Shown piece after piece: positions 17,865-27,115 of a stretch of DNA of 57,387 nucleotides. Position numbers and translations under genes: made by a program. Within the stretch, counting starts at the first letter, position 1, and each line of letters starts with the position of its first letter. The stretch comes from Christensenella sp. Lineage in GTDB: Bacteria > Bacillota > Clostridia > Christensenellales > CAG-138. The notes under the pieces were generated by a model that did not search any database, was not told where the DNA came from, and saw nothing but the letters and a program-made list of their open reading frames with translations. Where the stretch lies: assembly GCA_034927595.1 (NCBI GenBank), contig JAYFPQ010000085.1, positions 1 through 57,387 of the forward strand, given 5' to 3'.

Positions 17865-19307
17865 ATGAAGAAGCTCAGTTTCGGCGTGAAGCTCTCCTAC
17901 GGCCTCGGGGACTTCTACGGCGGCGCCTCGGCCAGCATCATCGGCTTGTTTTTCCTCTTCTTTCTGACCAACGTCGTTGGCATTTCGCCGCTGGTCGCGG
18001 GGTCGATTGTGCTCTTTGGCCGCGCAGTGGACGCGGTGACCGACCCGCTGATGGGCGCCATCAGCGACCACACGCGCTCCAAATGGGGGCGTCGCGTCGC
18101 CTGGTTCTTCTTTGGCATTCTGCCGGTCGGGCTCTCGTATGTGCTCATGTGGGTGGTTCCGCCGTTTTCGCGCGGACTTCAGGTTGCGTATTACTTCTTT
18201 GCTTACGCGTTCTTCTCTTGCGCATTCACGATGGTCATGGTGCCATACGGTGCGCTGCCGCAGGACCTGACGGCGGACTCCAACGAGCGGACGGTGCTGG
18301 TCAGCTTCCGCATGGCGTTCTCCGTGCTCGGCGGGCTGCTCTCTGCCGTGGTGCCCGATTTGATGATTAAGCGCGCGGCGAATCTGAACACGGGCTACTT
18401 CATCATGGGACTTTCGTTTGCCGTGCTCTTTATGCTCATTTGGCTCGTCATGTTCCTCTCGCTGCGTAATAAGGTGCAGGCGGAAATGCCCGCGACGACG
18501 GCGTCCCTCGGTGAGTCCGTCAAGTACTGCGTGGGCAACAAGAGCTTTCTGCTGCTCTGTGCAATCTACCTGCTCTCGTTCATTCCAAACGACATCATGA
18601 GCAGCAACTTCAAATACTTTATCAACGACGTGCTCTTTATGGGCGACAAGTTCGCGCTGACGATGGGCGCGCTGATGATCTGCGCGGTGCTGAGCCTGCC
18701 GCTGTATGTCGCCGCGTGCCGCAAGGTCGGCAAACGCAAGACGTTTATCTACGGCTCCGTGTTTCGCATGGCGGCGCTGCTGTTGCTTTTCTTACTGGGG
18801 CCGGATTCCTCGACGTTTCGGCTCGTGGCAATCGCGGTCGTCATCGGCATTGGCACCGGCGTTGCGTATGCGATTCCCTGGTCCATGCTGCCGGACGTGA
18901 CCGACCTCGACGAGGCCTACACAGGCTACCGGCAGGAGGGCATCTACGCGGGCATGATGACGTTTATTCGAAAACTCTCCAGCGGACTCGCGATTTTCCT
19001 CGTTGGTCTGCTGCTGCAGGTCTCCGGCTACACGGCGGGCGCACCGGAGCAGGCCACGGTGACGAAGGACGTGATTGTCGGCATCCTGACGATTGTGCCG
19101 ATCCTCTTCGTGCTGCTCGGCGTCTTCGCGGCGCTGCGCTACCCGATTGACAAGCATAATTTCCAGTCGATTCGAAACGTCGTGGAGCAGCGCCGAAACG
19201 GCACCTTTGCCGCGCTGGACGAATCGGCGCAGAAGAGCCTGCTGATGCAGATGAAGGAGATACTGGACGCGAAACGGAAGGGGCGCGCGCATGCAGACCA
19301 GAATTGA
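17865..19307 (+). CDS. GPH-family (glycoside-pentoside-hexuronide) MFS cation symporter
   Basis: DAVTDPLMGAISDHTRSKWGRR, VPYGAL, WSMLPDVTD, RQEGIY; about 12 hydrophobic segments. Confidence 0.9.
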   Translation: MKKLSFGVKLSYGLGDFYGGASASIIGLFFLFFLTNVVGISPLVAGSIVLFGRAVDAVTDPLMGAISDHTRSKWGRRVAWFFFGILPVGLSYVLMWVVPPFSRGLQVAYYFFAYAFFSCAFTMVMVPYGALPQDLTADSNERTVLVSFRMAFSVLGGLLSAVVPDLMIKRAANLNTGYFIMGLSFAVLFMLIWLVMFLSLRNKVQAEMPATTASLGESVKYCVGNKSFLLLCAIYLLSFIPNDIMSSNFKYFINDVLFMGDKFALTMGALMICAVLSLPLYVAACRKVGKRKTFIYGSVFRMAALLLLFLLGPDSSTFRLVAIAVVIGIGTGVAYAIPWSMLPDVTDLDEAYTGYRQEGIYAGMMTFIRKLSSGLAIFLVGLLLQVSGYTAGAPEQATVTKDVIVGILTIVPILFVLLGVFAALRYPIDKHNFQSIRNVVEQRRNGTFAALDESAQKSLLMQMKEILDAKRKGRAHADQN

Positions 19308-20763
19308 TCAGGCGAAAGCCCGCGCAAAAGAATATCTGCTCTCGTTGCAGGTTCGCCCCGGCGTGTTTGACTACTCTGCATATAACGGCGGCCGGGAAGA
19401 GGGTATGCTGCTGCCCGGCACCTACAACGCCGTAAACGCGCTCGGGCTGATGAAGCGGCTGGACGCGGTCGACGCGGCGGAATCGGTTGCATTTTTACGC
19501 GCGCACCGCCAGCGGAACAGTTTTTTCCGGATGCGCGGCATGCGAAAAAACGAGCTGACCTATCCGAGCTTTGAATATGACGATTTGCACATCACCAACT
19601 ACGCCATGTCCGCGCTCGACTACCTCGGTCAGCGTCCACAGGCGGACGAGCTGCGCTTTTTAAGCCGCTACACCGGCAGGCGGCTGGAACGCTGGTTAAA
19701 AAAGCGCGATCTGTCGAAACCATGGAGCGAGGGGAACTACCTCGTAAACGTCGCGTCGTTCCTCATCGAAGGCGCGAATCTTGGCCTACGCGGCTGCGAG
19801 GCGGGCGTTCGCGCCATGCAGCGCTGGCATGAGAACGCGCAGGACGAATTCGGCTTCTTCCACGACACGTCGATTCAGGATCTGACGAACGCCTTTGCCG
19901 GAGCCACGCACGATTATCACCTCTATTACTATTACGATACGCCGATTCCGCAGTACCGCGCGGTTGTGGACTATATTCTGACGCGCCCCACCGACGCGGA
20001 CAGCGCCTGCATCGACGTGGACGAAATGGACGTTCTCTTTCACTTCTATCGGTTTGGCTACCGCGAGGCGGACATCCGCGCCTGGGTGGAGCGGAAGCTT
20101 TCGAGCATTCTTGCGCTGCAACGCGAGGACGGGGGCTTTCCGGACGCGCTGGTTGGCGAGCTGATGTTTGACGGCTGGACGAAATACCGCGAACCGCAGG
20201 GGAACTCCAACGCGTTTGCCACGTGGTTTCGCCTCATCGCCATCGGCATGGCGGACGTGCTGCTCTACGGCGGAGCCGACCGCTGGGCGTTCCGGCGGAC
20301 GATTGGCATTGGCTACGCGAACCCGAATTATCTACCGAACGGATTTTCGGAGGACGAGCTTCTGCCCAAACAGGAGGCGGTGCTGCGCCGCGCCGAGGAA
20401 CAGCGCGAGCGGATGCAGAACGATCCGGTGTTTCAGAATTTGCAGGACGCGCGCGTGGCCGACCTTGTGGAGACATTCACGAAAAAGATGGAGACCTGCG
20501 ACAAAATGCTGCTCAACTACAACGCGCGCTTTACGTTTGTGCTGCTCAACGAGGGCGCGTTCGGCATCGCCATTGAGGACGGCGCGGCTACGGTGTCCGC
20601 CGGGGTGCTGCCGGGCAGTCAGCTCATCGTGATTACGGATCGCAAGACGCTCGGCAAGCTGATGAATAAAAAACTCGACAGCAAGATGGCCTACGCGCTG
20701 GGCAAGATCAAGATTCGCGGAAACATATCGCTCGCGCTGAAACTCGGAGGACTGCTGGTATGA
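19291..20763 (+). CDS. Prenyltransferase/squalene-oxidase-repeat (alpha/alpha toroid) protein fused to C-terminal SCP2 sterol-binding domain
   Basis: YLLSLQVRPGVF, ENAQDEFGFF, LALQREDGGF repeats; C-terminal KLDSKMAYALGKIKIRGNISLALKL is SCP2-like; overlaps both neighbours. Confidence 0.75.
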   Translation: MQTRIDQAKARAKEYLLSLQVRPGVFDYSAYNGGREEGMLLPGTYNAVNALGLMKRLDAVDAAESVAFLRAHRQRNSFFRMRGMRKNELTYPSFEYDDLHITNYAMSALDYLGQRPQADELRFLSRYTGRRLERWLKKRDLSKPWSEGNYLVNVASFLIEGANLGLRGCEAGVRAMQRWHENAQDEFGFFHDTSIQDLTNAFAGATHDYHLYYYYDTPIPQYRAVVDYILTRPTDADSACIDVDEMDVLFHFYRFGYREADIRAWVERKLSSILALQREDGGFPDALVGELMFDGWTKYREPQGNSNAFATWFRLIAIGMADVLLYGGADRWAFRRTIGIGYANPNYLPNGFSEDELLPKQEAVLRRAEEQRERMQNDPVFQNLQDARVADLVETFTKKMETCDKMLLNYNARFTFVLLNEGAFGIAIEDGAATVSAGVLPGSQLIVITDRKTLGKLMNKKLDSKMAYALGKIKIRGNISLALKLGGLLV

Positions 20764-22709
20764 CCGGATGGGTTGTGCTGCTTGCGGTGCTGGGCGTCGT
20801 CGTTTGCCTGCTGCTTTTTGTGATCTGGCAGCTGTTCGGGGTTCGGCGGGCGCCGCGTCCGAAGCTGCCGTTGGAGCAGCCAAACGGGCTTCCCGTGTTG
20901 CTGCAAAACGGCCTGCCGTATCCCGGCAGCTTTGCGCGAACGAGCAACTCCACTCGCTCACTCGACGGCGACTGGCGTTTCGGCCTTGGCGACGTGATTC
21001 ACGATCCCGGAGTAGAACTGTGGGAGGTTTCGGTGCCGGTGTCGTTCAACACGCTTGGCTCCGAGCTCGCGTTCTATCAGGGGCCGTTTTCCTACGTAAA
21101 GACGTTCCACGTGGACGCGCTCGAGCAGGGGCTTGATCGCCTTTGCCTTAAGAGCGTTGGCGGAGCATGCAGCGTAACCCTCAACGGGCAAAAACTCTGC
21201 GACAACACGGACTCCTACCAGCCCATCTATTGCGACGCCACCGGTGCGTTGCGGGCGGGTGAAAACACGCTCGTCGTTGTTGGGGACAACACCCCGACGC
21301 AGATGACGCTGCCGCCGAGCCAGTTTCCGGGGTCGAAACTCGGCTGGCATGTCTACGCGGGTATCACGAAGGGCGTGCTTCTGGAGCACCTGCCAAAGCA
21401 ATACTGCGTGTACCTGCGGCTTGCGGCGGAGGGGAAGCGGCTGCGCGGCGCCGCCGTGTACGCCGGGCACCCGAGGGGGTGCCGCATTCGCCTGCTGGAC
21501 GGCGCGCATGCACTCGTTGAACAGGAGCTGACGCTGCGCCCTGCCGGGGATTATTCAACCGCCGAATTCGAGTTGGAACGCCCGATAGGGCTGATCGACT
21601 GGCAGCCGGACGAACCGAAACTCTATACGCTCGAAGCGCAGACGGAAGAGGAGACCGTTGCCGTTGAAACGGGTTTTCGCAGCATTCGGGCGGAGGGACA
21701 AACGCTGCTGATGAACCAATCACCGTTTACGGTGCGCGGCGTCTGCATGCACGAGGAGGATGTCCAACTGGGCAGCGCGCTGGATCGTGCGGCGATCGAA
21801 CGAAATCTCTCGCTCGCGCAGGAGCTGGGCTGCAACTTCGTCCGACTCGCGCACTATCCGCACGTGGACGAAACGCTGGAGCTTTGCGACCAGAGTGGGC
21901 TCTGCTGCTGGAGTGAGATTCCGAACTATCAGGCGGGGCTGGGGCTTGTGCAGCGGCTGTTCGGCAAGAGCAAGCAGCTTCGGCAGCGTGTAACGGCGGC
22001 AAAGGTCGTCGAAAGCCTGCTGGGCACAAAACAGCTGCTCAACGAACAATACCTGCTGGACGCGGGCGTTCAGCTCACCAAAATGGTGTTCCGTTTTCAA
22101 AATCACCCAAGCGTGCTGTTCTGGGGCGTTGGCAACGAGTGCTTTGCCTACACGCCCGCCAGCCGCCGCGCGCTGCGCTTTCTTCGGGATACGGTGCGCG
22201 CGTTTGACCAGACAAGGCTCGTTGGGTACGCGGCGTTTACGATTCCCAAAATCACACAGCGGTTTGAGCAATCCTTTCGGGAGTTTGACGTGGTCTGCGC
22301 CAACGAATACTTCGGCTGGTACTATGGTGAGCCGGACGACTGCGAAGCCTTCTGGCGGACGCTGAGTCGAAAGTACCGAAAACCGATGCTCTGCACCGAA
22401 ACGGGCAGCGACGCGCGCTTTGGCGCGGCTGGTGTTGACCTCGTGAGCAAGAACGCCAACAGCGAGGACTATCAGGTGCGCATGCTGGAGCGGCACCTGC
22501 GGCTCACCGGCGAAGTGCCGGGGTATTGCGGCACCTGCATCTGGGTGCTCAAGGACTTCTTCTGCGACGAATACGGGGTGGAGGATCTGGTTCCGTACTG
22601 CAACGCAAAAGGACTGGTTTCTGCGGAGTACCAGAAGAAGAAGGCGTTTTTTGCGGTACAACAGATGTACCAAGCCGAACAGGAACAGGAAAACGGTGCG
22701 CGCCGATAA
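20760..22709 (+). CDS. uidA: GH2 beta-glucuronidase (or beta-galacturonidase) with N-terminal membrane anchor
   Basis: RGVCMHE, RLAHYP, NHPSVLFWGVGNE (acid/base), NEYFGWY, TETGSD (nucleophile), NAKG (NxKG uronidase motif); N-terminal WVVLLAVLGVVVCLLLFVIW. Confidence 0.85.
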   Translation: MTGWVVLLAVLGVVVCLLLFVIWQLFGVRRAPRPKLPLEQPNGLPVLLQNGLPYPGSFARTSNSTRSLDGDWRFGLGDVIHDPGVELWEVSVPVSFNTLGSELAFYQGPFSYVKTFHVDALEQGLDRLCLKSVGGACSVTLNGQKLCDNTDSYQPIYCDATGALRAGENTLVVVGDNTPTQMTLPPSQFPGSKLGWHVYAGITKGVLLEHLPKQYCVYLRLAAEGKRLRGAAVYAGHPRGCRIRLLDGAHALVEQELTLRPAGDYSTAEFELERPIGLIDWQPDEPKLYTLEAQTEEETVAVETGFRSIRAEGQTLLMNQSPFTVRGVCMHEEDVQLGSALDRAAIERNLSLAQELGCNFVRLAHYPHVDETLELCDQSGLCCWSEIPNYQAGLGLVQRLFGKSKQLRQRVTAAKVVESLLGTKQLLNEQYLLDAGVQLTKMVFRFQNHPSVLFWGVGNECFAYTPASRRALRFLRDTVRAFDQTRLVGYAAFTIPKITQRFEQSFREFDVVCANEYFGWYYGEPDDCEAFWRTLSRKYRKPMLCTETGSDARFGAAGVDLVSKNANSEDYQVRMLERHLRLTGEVPGYCGTCIWVLKDFFCDEYGVEDLVPYCNAKGLVSAEYQKKKAFFAVQQMYQAEQEQENGARR

Positions 22710-22744
22710 GGCGCTATAGCGTTATTGATGGAATGGAAACAAGA

Positions 22745-22780
22745 ACAAGAGCGCATCCGAACGATGCGCTCTTGTCTTTT
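22745..22780 (+). terminator. Intrinsic terminator
   Basis: ACAAGAGCGCATC...GATGCGCTCTTGT then CTTTT. Confidence 0.8.
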
Positions 22781-22951
22781 GGTGCTTTACAAGCCACGCT
22801 GTTGAAAATCTCTTGATCGTATGCATAAATATTGCTAATATGAACTTAGACCATTTCTGTACGTCTCGTCGAATTTGAACAAACCGGGTTTCTTTGTTAC
22901 ACAAGATAAAAACGAATAAGCGCAAAGATCGTTACAGCGAAAGGCGCATGT

Positions 22952-24517
22952 ATGGATATTGATATCAAGACAATAGCCCTTTTTTATTTGATCGCGAACG
23001 TAATGAACAACGGCCTGATGTTCATTATCTGGCGCATGTATCGCAAGCACTTTCGGGGTCTATCGTTCTTGTTTGCGGACATGTGCTTTCAAACGTTGGG
23101 GGCAATGTTCCTGCTGCTGCGCGGCGCGATGCCCGATCTGGTATCCATCGTGCTGACGAATCTGTTTTCGATTTCCGGATTGCTTTGCACCCTCATTGGT
23201 CTGGAACTGTTTTTCGATCGGATTCGACCGCGCATCTATAATTACTTCGTATTCGTCATCTACATGTTCCTGATCGTTCACTTCACGACGAGCCAGGAAA
23301 ACCTGCTCGCGAGAAACATCTTTCTTTCGAGTATGATTATTTTCTTTAACGGACAGAGCAGTTTTCTCCTGTTTCGAGAGATACAGCCGGAGTCCCGGCG
23401 CATGGCACGGTTCACGGCGAGCATTCTTCTGGCGTACTGCGTCTTCAGCGTCGCAAGGATCGTTGCCATGGTTCTATTGCCGCAGCCCGGCAACGATTTC
23501 TTCCAGTCCGGAATTGTAAACTCGATTGCGATGGTCGCATACAGCTCGCTGAACATCCTCTTCGCCGCGGGGGTGATCATGATGGTCAGCCAGCGCGTGC
23601 TCAACGAAGCGCAGACGGAGAAAGACAAATACAACAAGGCGTTCAACTCCTCGCCGTATGCGATGTTGCTGACCAAGGAACTGGACGGGAAGATCTTTGA
23701 GGTAAACGAGGGCTTTGTCCGGATGACTGGGTATCAGCCGGAAGAGGTTGTTGGAAAAACGACGCTGGAGGTTGGTCTCTGGATTGATCCGGAAGATCGC
23801 AAAGAGTTTGTTCGCGACCTGATGAATGGCGACGTGCATGAAAAAGAATCAACCTTTCGCGTGAAAAACGATACCTTCATCACCTGCCTCATCTCGGCAA
23901 CCGTCATTTCGGTGCTCGGCGAGGAATGCATCCTGACGAGTGTAAACGACATTTCGGAGATGAACCGAATTCGAAAGAAACTCGAAATCATGGCGCTGCA
24001 TGATACGCTGACTGGCCTGCCCAACCGGCAACTGTTCTACGACCGCGCCGAAATTGCCTTTGCCAATGCCAGACGGGAGCAGAATAGCGTTGCCGTTGTG
24101 TCGCTCGATGTTGACCGGCTGAAATCGATCAACGATCAATGGGGGCATGCGGCAGGCGATTCCGCGCTGATCTCGGTGAGCGGGCGCTTGGTCAAGCTGC
24201 TACGAAAAGGGGATACGGTGTCCCGTTTCGGTGGCGACGAATTCCTGATTTTGCTGAATGGGATTACCAATGTGGAAGATATCCGCGTCGTCGTTCAGAA
24301 AATGATTGACAGCGTGGCGGAACCGATTTTGTTTGAAGGTAACGAATTTGTGATTTCCGCCAGCGTGGGAATTGCGGTTTACCCGCAGGATGGGGCGGAG
24401 ATTGATTTACTGATTCGAAAGTCGGACGAGGCCATGTATTACATCAAGGAGCACGGACGCAACGGATTCCGTTTTTACAGTGAACTTGGAGAAAGCATTT
24501 CTATACAAGCGGAGTGA
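22952..24517 (+). CDS. Membrane-bound PAS-GGDEF diguanylate cyclase
   Basis: About 7 N-terminal TM segments, PAS (VNEGFVRMTGYQPEEVVGK), HDTLTGLPNR, RKGD I-site, RFGGDEF. Confidence 0.93.
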   Translation: MDIDIKTIALFYLIANVMNNGLMFIIWRMYRKHFRGLSFLFADMCFQTLGAMFLLLRGAMPDLVSIVLTNLFSISGLLCTLIGLELFFDRIRPRIYNYFVFVIYMFLIVHFTTSQENLLARNIFLSSMIIFFNGQSSFLLFREIQPESRRMARFTASILLAYCVFSVARIVAMVLLPQPGNDFFQSGIVNSIAMVAYSSLNILFAAGVIMMVSQRVLNEAQTEKDKYNKAFNSSPYAMLLTKELDGKIFEVNEGFVRMTGYQPEEVVGKTTLEVGLWIDPEDRKEFVRDLMNGDVHEKESTFRVKNDTFITCLISATVISVLGEECILTSVNDISEMNRIRKKLEIMALHDTLTGLPNRQLFYDRAEIAFANARREQNSVAVVSLDVDRLKSINDQWGHAAGDSALISVSGRLVKLLRKGDTVSRFGGDEFLILLNGITNVEDIRVVVQKMIDSVAEPILFEGNEFVISASVGIAVYPQDGAEIDLLIRKSDEAMYYIKEHGRNGFRFYSELGESISIQAE

Positions 24518-24551
24518 CGCCAGCCGCCTGAACGGACGAGCCGAGTGTTAT

Positions 24552-24593
24552 AACAAAGAGCAGCTCCATTACGGAGTTGCTCTTTGTTGTTAT
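24552..24593. terminator. Bidirectional terminator between convergent genes
   Basis: AACAAAGAGCAGCTCC...GGAGTTGCTCTTTGTT. Confidence 0.75.
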
Positions 24594-24643
24594 GGCGTAC
24601 TGGTTTATGCTACCAGAGATTTTGAACGGTCGTTCTGGATCCT

Positions 24644-25537
24644 TTATTTTTTCTCAATCGACGCGGCGTAGATGCTCCGAATGGAGGCCGACAACGTTTC
24701 GTTGAACTGCTCGTCCGTCTGTCCGGCGAAGAGCCCTTCGGCCAGCGCGCGGGAGAAACTCGCGATCAGGCCGGAGTTGCGGGCGAGCTTCTCGTTCGCT
24801 TCCGCCTGCGTGTATCCGCCGGAAAGCGCAACCACGCGCAGCACGCGTGGATGGCGCATCACGTCGCTATAGAACCCGTCCACCGAGGGAATGGAAAGCT
24901 TGAGCATCACGTTCATCGATGCGGGCAACGCGTCCAACTGCTGGAGCAGCGCCTGCTTGAGCAGCACTTCGGACTGTACTTTGTCCGCACTGTGGATATC
25001 CACCTCGGGTTCGATGATGGGGACCAGCCCTGCATCCAGAATCTGCCTGCCATACATAAACTGCTGCTCCACGACGCGGTCGATCCCTTCCGAAGCGGCT
25101 TGGCTGATGACGGAGCGCATCTTCGTGCCAAAGACGTTGCGGGCGACCGCGCGCTCGAGCAGCGCGTCCAGCCCGTTGATCGGCTTCATCAACTGCACGC
25201 CGCCTTCCAGCGGGGCCAAGCCCTGGTCCACCTTCAAAAACGGAACAATACCCTTCACATTCCAGAGGTAGTCCGCCGTGAATTGGCCTTCGACCTTGCG
25301 ATCCATGGTTTGTTCAAACAGAATCGCGCCCAGAATGTACCGGCTCGTAAACGCCGGGCTTGTCATGATTCTCGTTCGCATCTGGTGCACGAGGTCAAAC
25401 ATCTCCTCGTCGCCGGAGTACGCGCTGCGCGGAATGCCGTAGTGCTCCAGTGCCTTTGGGGTGCTGCCGCCGCTTTGATCCAGCGCCGCCAGAAAGCCCT
25501 TGCCCGTACGAATCAATTCCTGTTGTTTGTTGTTCAT
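24644..25537 (-). CDS. fda: Class I fructose-bisphosphate aldolase
   Basis: [50 protein letters not shown]. Confidence 0.95.
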   Translation of the reverse strand: MNNKQQELIRTGKGFLAALDQSGGSTPKALEHYGIPRSAYSGDEEMFDLVHQMRTRIMTSPAFTSRYILGAILFEQTMDRKVEGQFTADYLWNVKGIVPFLKVDQGLAPLEGGVQLMKPINGLDALLERAVARNVFGTKMRSVISQAASEGIDRVVEQQFMYGRQILDAGLVPIIEPEVDIHSADKVQSEVLLKQALLQQLDALPASMNVMLKLSIPSVDGFYSDVMRHPRVLRVVALSGGYTQAEANEKLARNSGLIASFSRALAEGLFAGQTDEQFNETLSASIRSIYAASIEKK

Positions 25538-25798
25538 CGCAATGCCTCCGTTTCATGATCAATATTTCTTGGGATACCGGTTGCAACCGTTGAACCGCTT
25601 AGACTCACGGATGTTCGGAAAATGGGATGTTGCCGGAAAAACACCTCTTGTTTGAATCAACTTCACTGTAGCAAAGTGCGTTCGTTTGTTCTGTAACCGC
25701 CTCTAGTATAGCACAATCTGAAAAAAATCGATCGTGGTGATACACAACTACGTGGTGTCGGGGGATGGCGTATGCGGGAACAACGCCCGCCCCCAAAA

Positions 25799-25862
25799 GA
25801 GCAAAGGGGACGCAAATATTCCGGCGTATGGATTCCCCGATGATCGTGCGGGGTATGCCGGA
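25799..25862 (+). ncRNA. Candidate structured RNA resembling a truncated c-di-GMP-I riboswitch
   Basis: GCAAA-GGG-GACGCAAA-TATTCCG...CGGGGTA-TGCC; P3-like pairing present, but the GAAA-capped P2 helix is missing. Confidence 0.25.
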
Positions 25863-26048
25863 CGGCGTTCGCTAGGCCTTATATGAAATACGTATGATTT
25901 CAGTTTTCCGATTGTGGTATACTCGAACTAACCAACGCTATTATCCTTGGAACTAAGGCATAGGCTTTGCGCTTCGGCGCGTGACGCGCCGATGCAGTAA
26001 TCGACGCGACAACCAACAGAAATGCAAATCGGATCGGAGTACCAGATC

Positions 26049-27041
26049 ATGAGCATTGGCAAGATGTGGAGACCGGAATCGTTCCAGGGCGGAAATCGGA
26101 AACGGCACTATTTTGAAGGCTGGTACTTCAAGCTGATTGACGCTCGGCGGGAGACGGTACTGGCGATCATTCCGGGAATTGCAATCGGCGAAAGTCGCGC
26201 GGATGCGCACGCCTTTGTGCAAGTGATCGACGCGAACACAGGCGAAACGGAGTATTATCGTTTTCCATTTTCGGATTTTCATGCGGATTCCCGCAAGTTC
26301 CTGGTCACAATCGGGAAGAACACATTTTCGGACAGCGGAATCCGGCTTGACCTGAACAACGAACACTCCGCCTTGTCGGGTGAACTGCAGTTTACCGACA
26401 TCGACCCCTACCCAAAGTCCTTGTTCCATCCCGGCATCATGGGCCCGTTTTCCTTCGTTCCCGGCATGGAATGCTACCACGGCGTGGTCAACATCAACCA
26501 CAAAATCAACGGCAGCCTGTTTCGAAACGGAATCCAGATTGTTATGACGGGCGGGGAAGGGTACATTGAAAAGGACTGGGGGCGATCCTTTCCGGACGCC
26601 TGGATCTGGGTGCAGGCCAACCATTTTGAAGAGGCCGGCGCATCGTTTCTGTTTTCGGTTGCGCGTATCCCTTGGCTGGGCACAAGTTTTACGGGCCTGA
26701 TCGCCTTTCTGAGGACAACGCGCGGGTTTGAGACATTCGCAACCTACAATGGCGGCAAGATCCGTTCCATTCAACTCGAAGAGAATCTGCTGGATATTAC
26801 GCTGACAAACGCAAAACACATCCTGCACTTTTCCACGAGCATTCCCCGCGGCGGAATCCTCAAAGCGCCGAAAAACGGACTCATGAGCCGCGAAATTGAG
26901 GAAAGTATTACCGCAACAACTTCATTACAACTGCTCCATCGAAACGGCGAAGTGCTTTTTCAAGGCAAAAGTCAATGGACGGGAATCGAGATTGCCGGAA
27001 GCCTGTCCGAAATAATAGATGGATTACCCAACAAAACATGA
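26049..27041 (+). CDS. Tocopherol-cyclase-family protein
   Basis: YFEGWYFK, IMGPF, MECYHG, GYIEKDWGRSFP, WIWVQ; start could be 26022 or 26049. Confidence 0.85.
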   Translation: MSIGKMWRPESFQGGNRKRHYFEGWYFKLIDARRETVLAIIPGIAIGESRADAHAFVQVIDANTGETEYYRFPFSDFHADSRKFLVTIGKNTFSDSGIRLDLNNEHSALSGELQFTDIDPYPKSLFHPGIMGPFSFVPGMECYHGVVNINHKINGSLFRNGIQIVMTGGEGYIEKDWGRSFPDAWIWVQANHFEEAGASFLFSVARIPWLGTSFTGLIAFLRTTRGFETFATYNGGKIRSIQLEENLLDITLTNAKHILHFSTSIPRGGILKAPKNGLMSREIEESITATTSLQLLHRNGEVLFQGKSQWTGIEIAGSLSEIIDGLPNKT

Positions 27042-27115
27042 TCGCAAGACACAACGATAGAAAAGCGAAAAACGCAACGAACCATGTTTCAACAAACCGA
27101 TAGGAAAGGAAAGTA

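Noticed and set aside
25749-25790. Minus-strand ...CCCCCGACACCA suggesting a tRNA or tmRNA 3' end
   Set aside because: No TTCG T-loop or cloverleaf could be built
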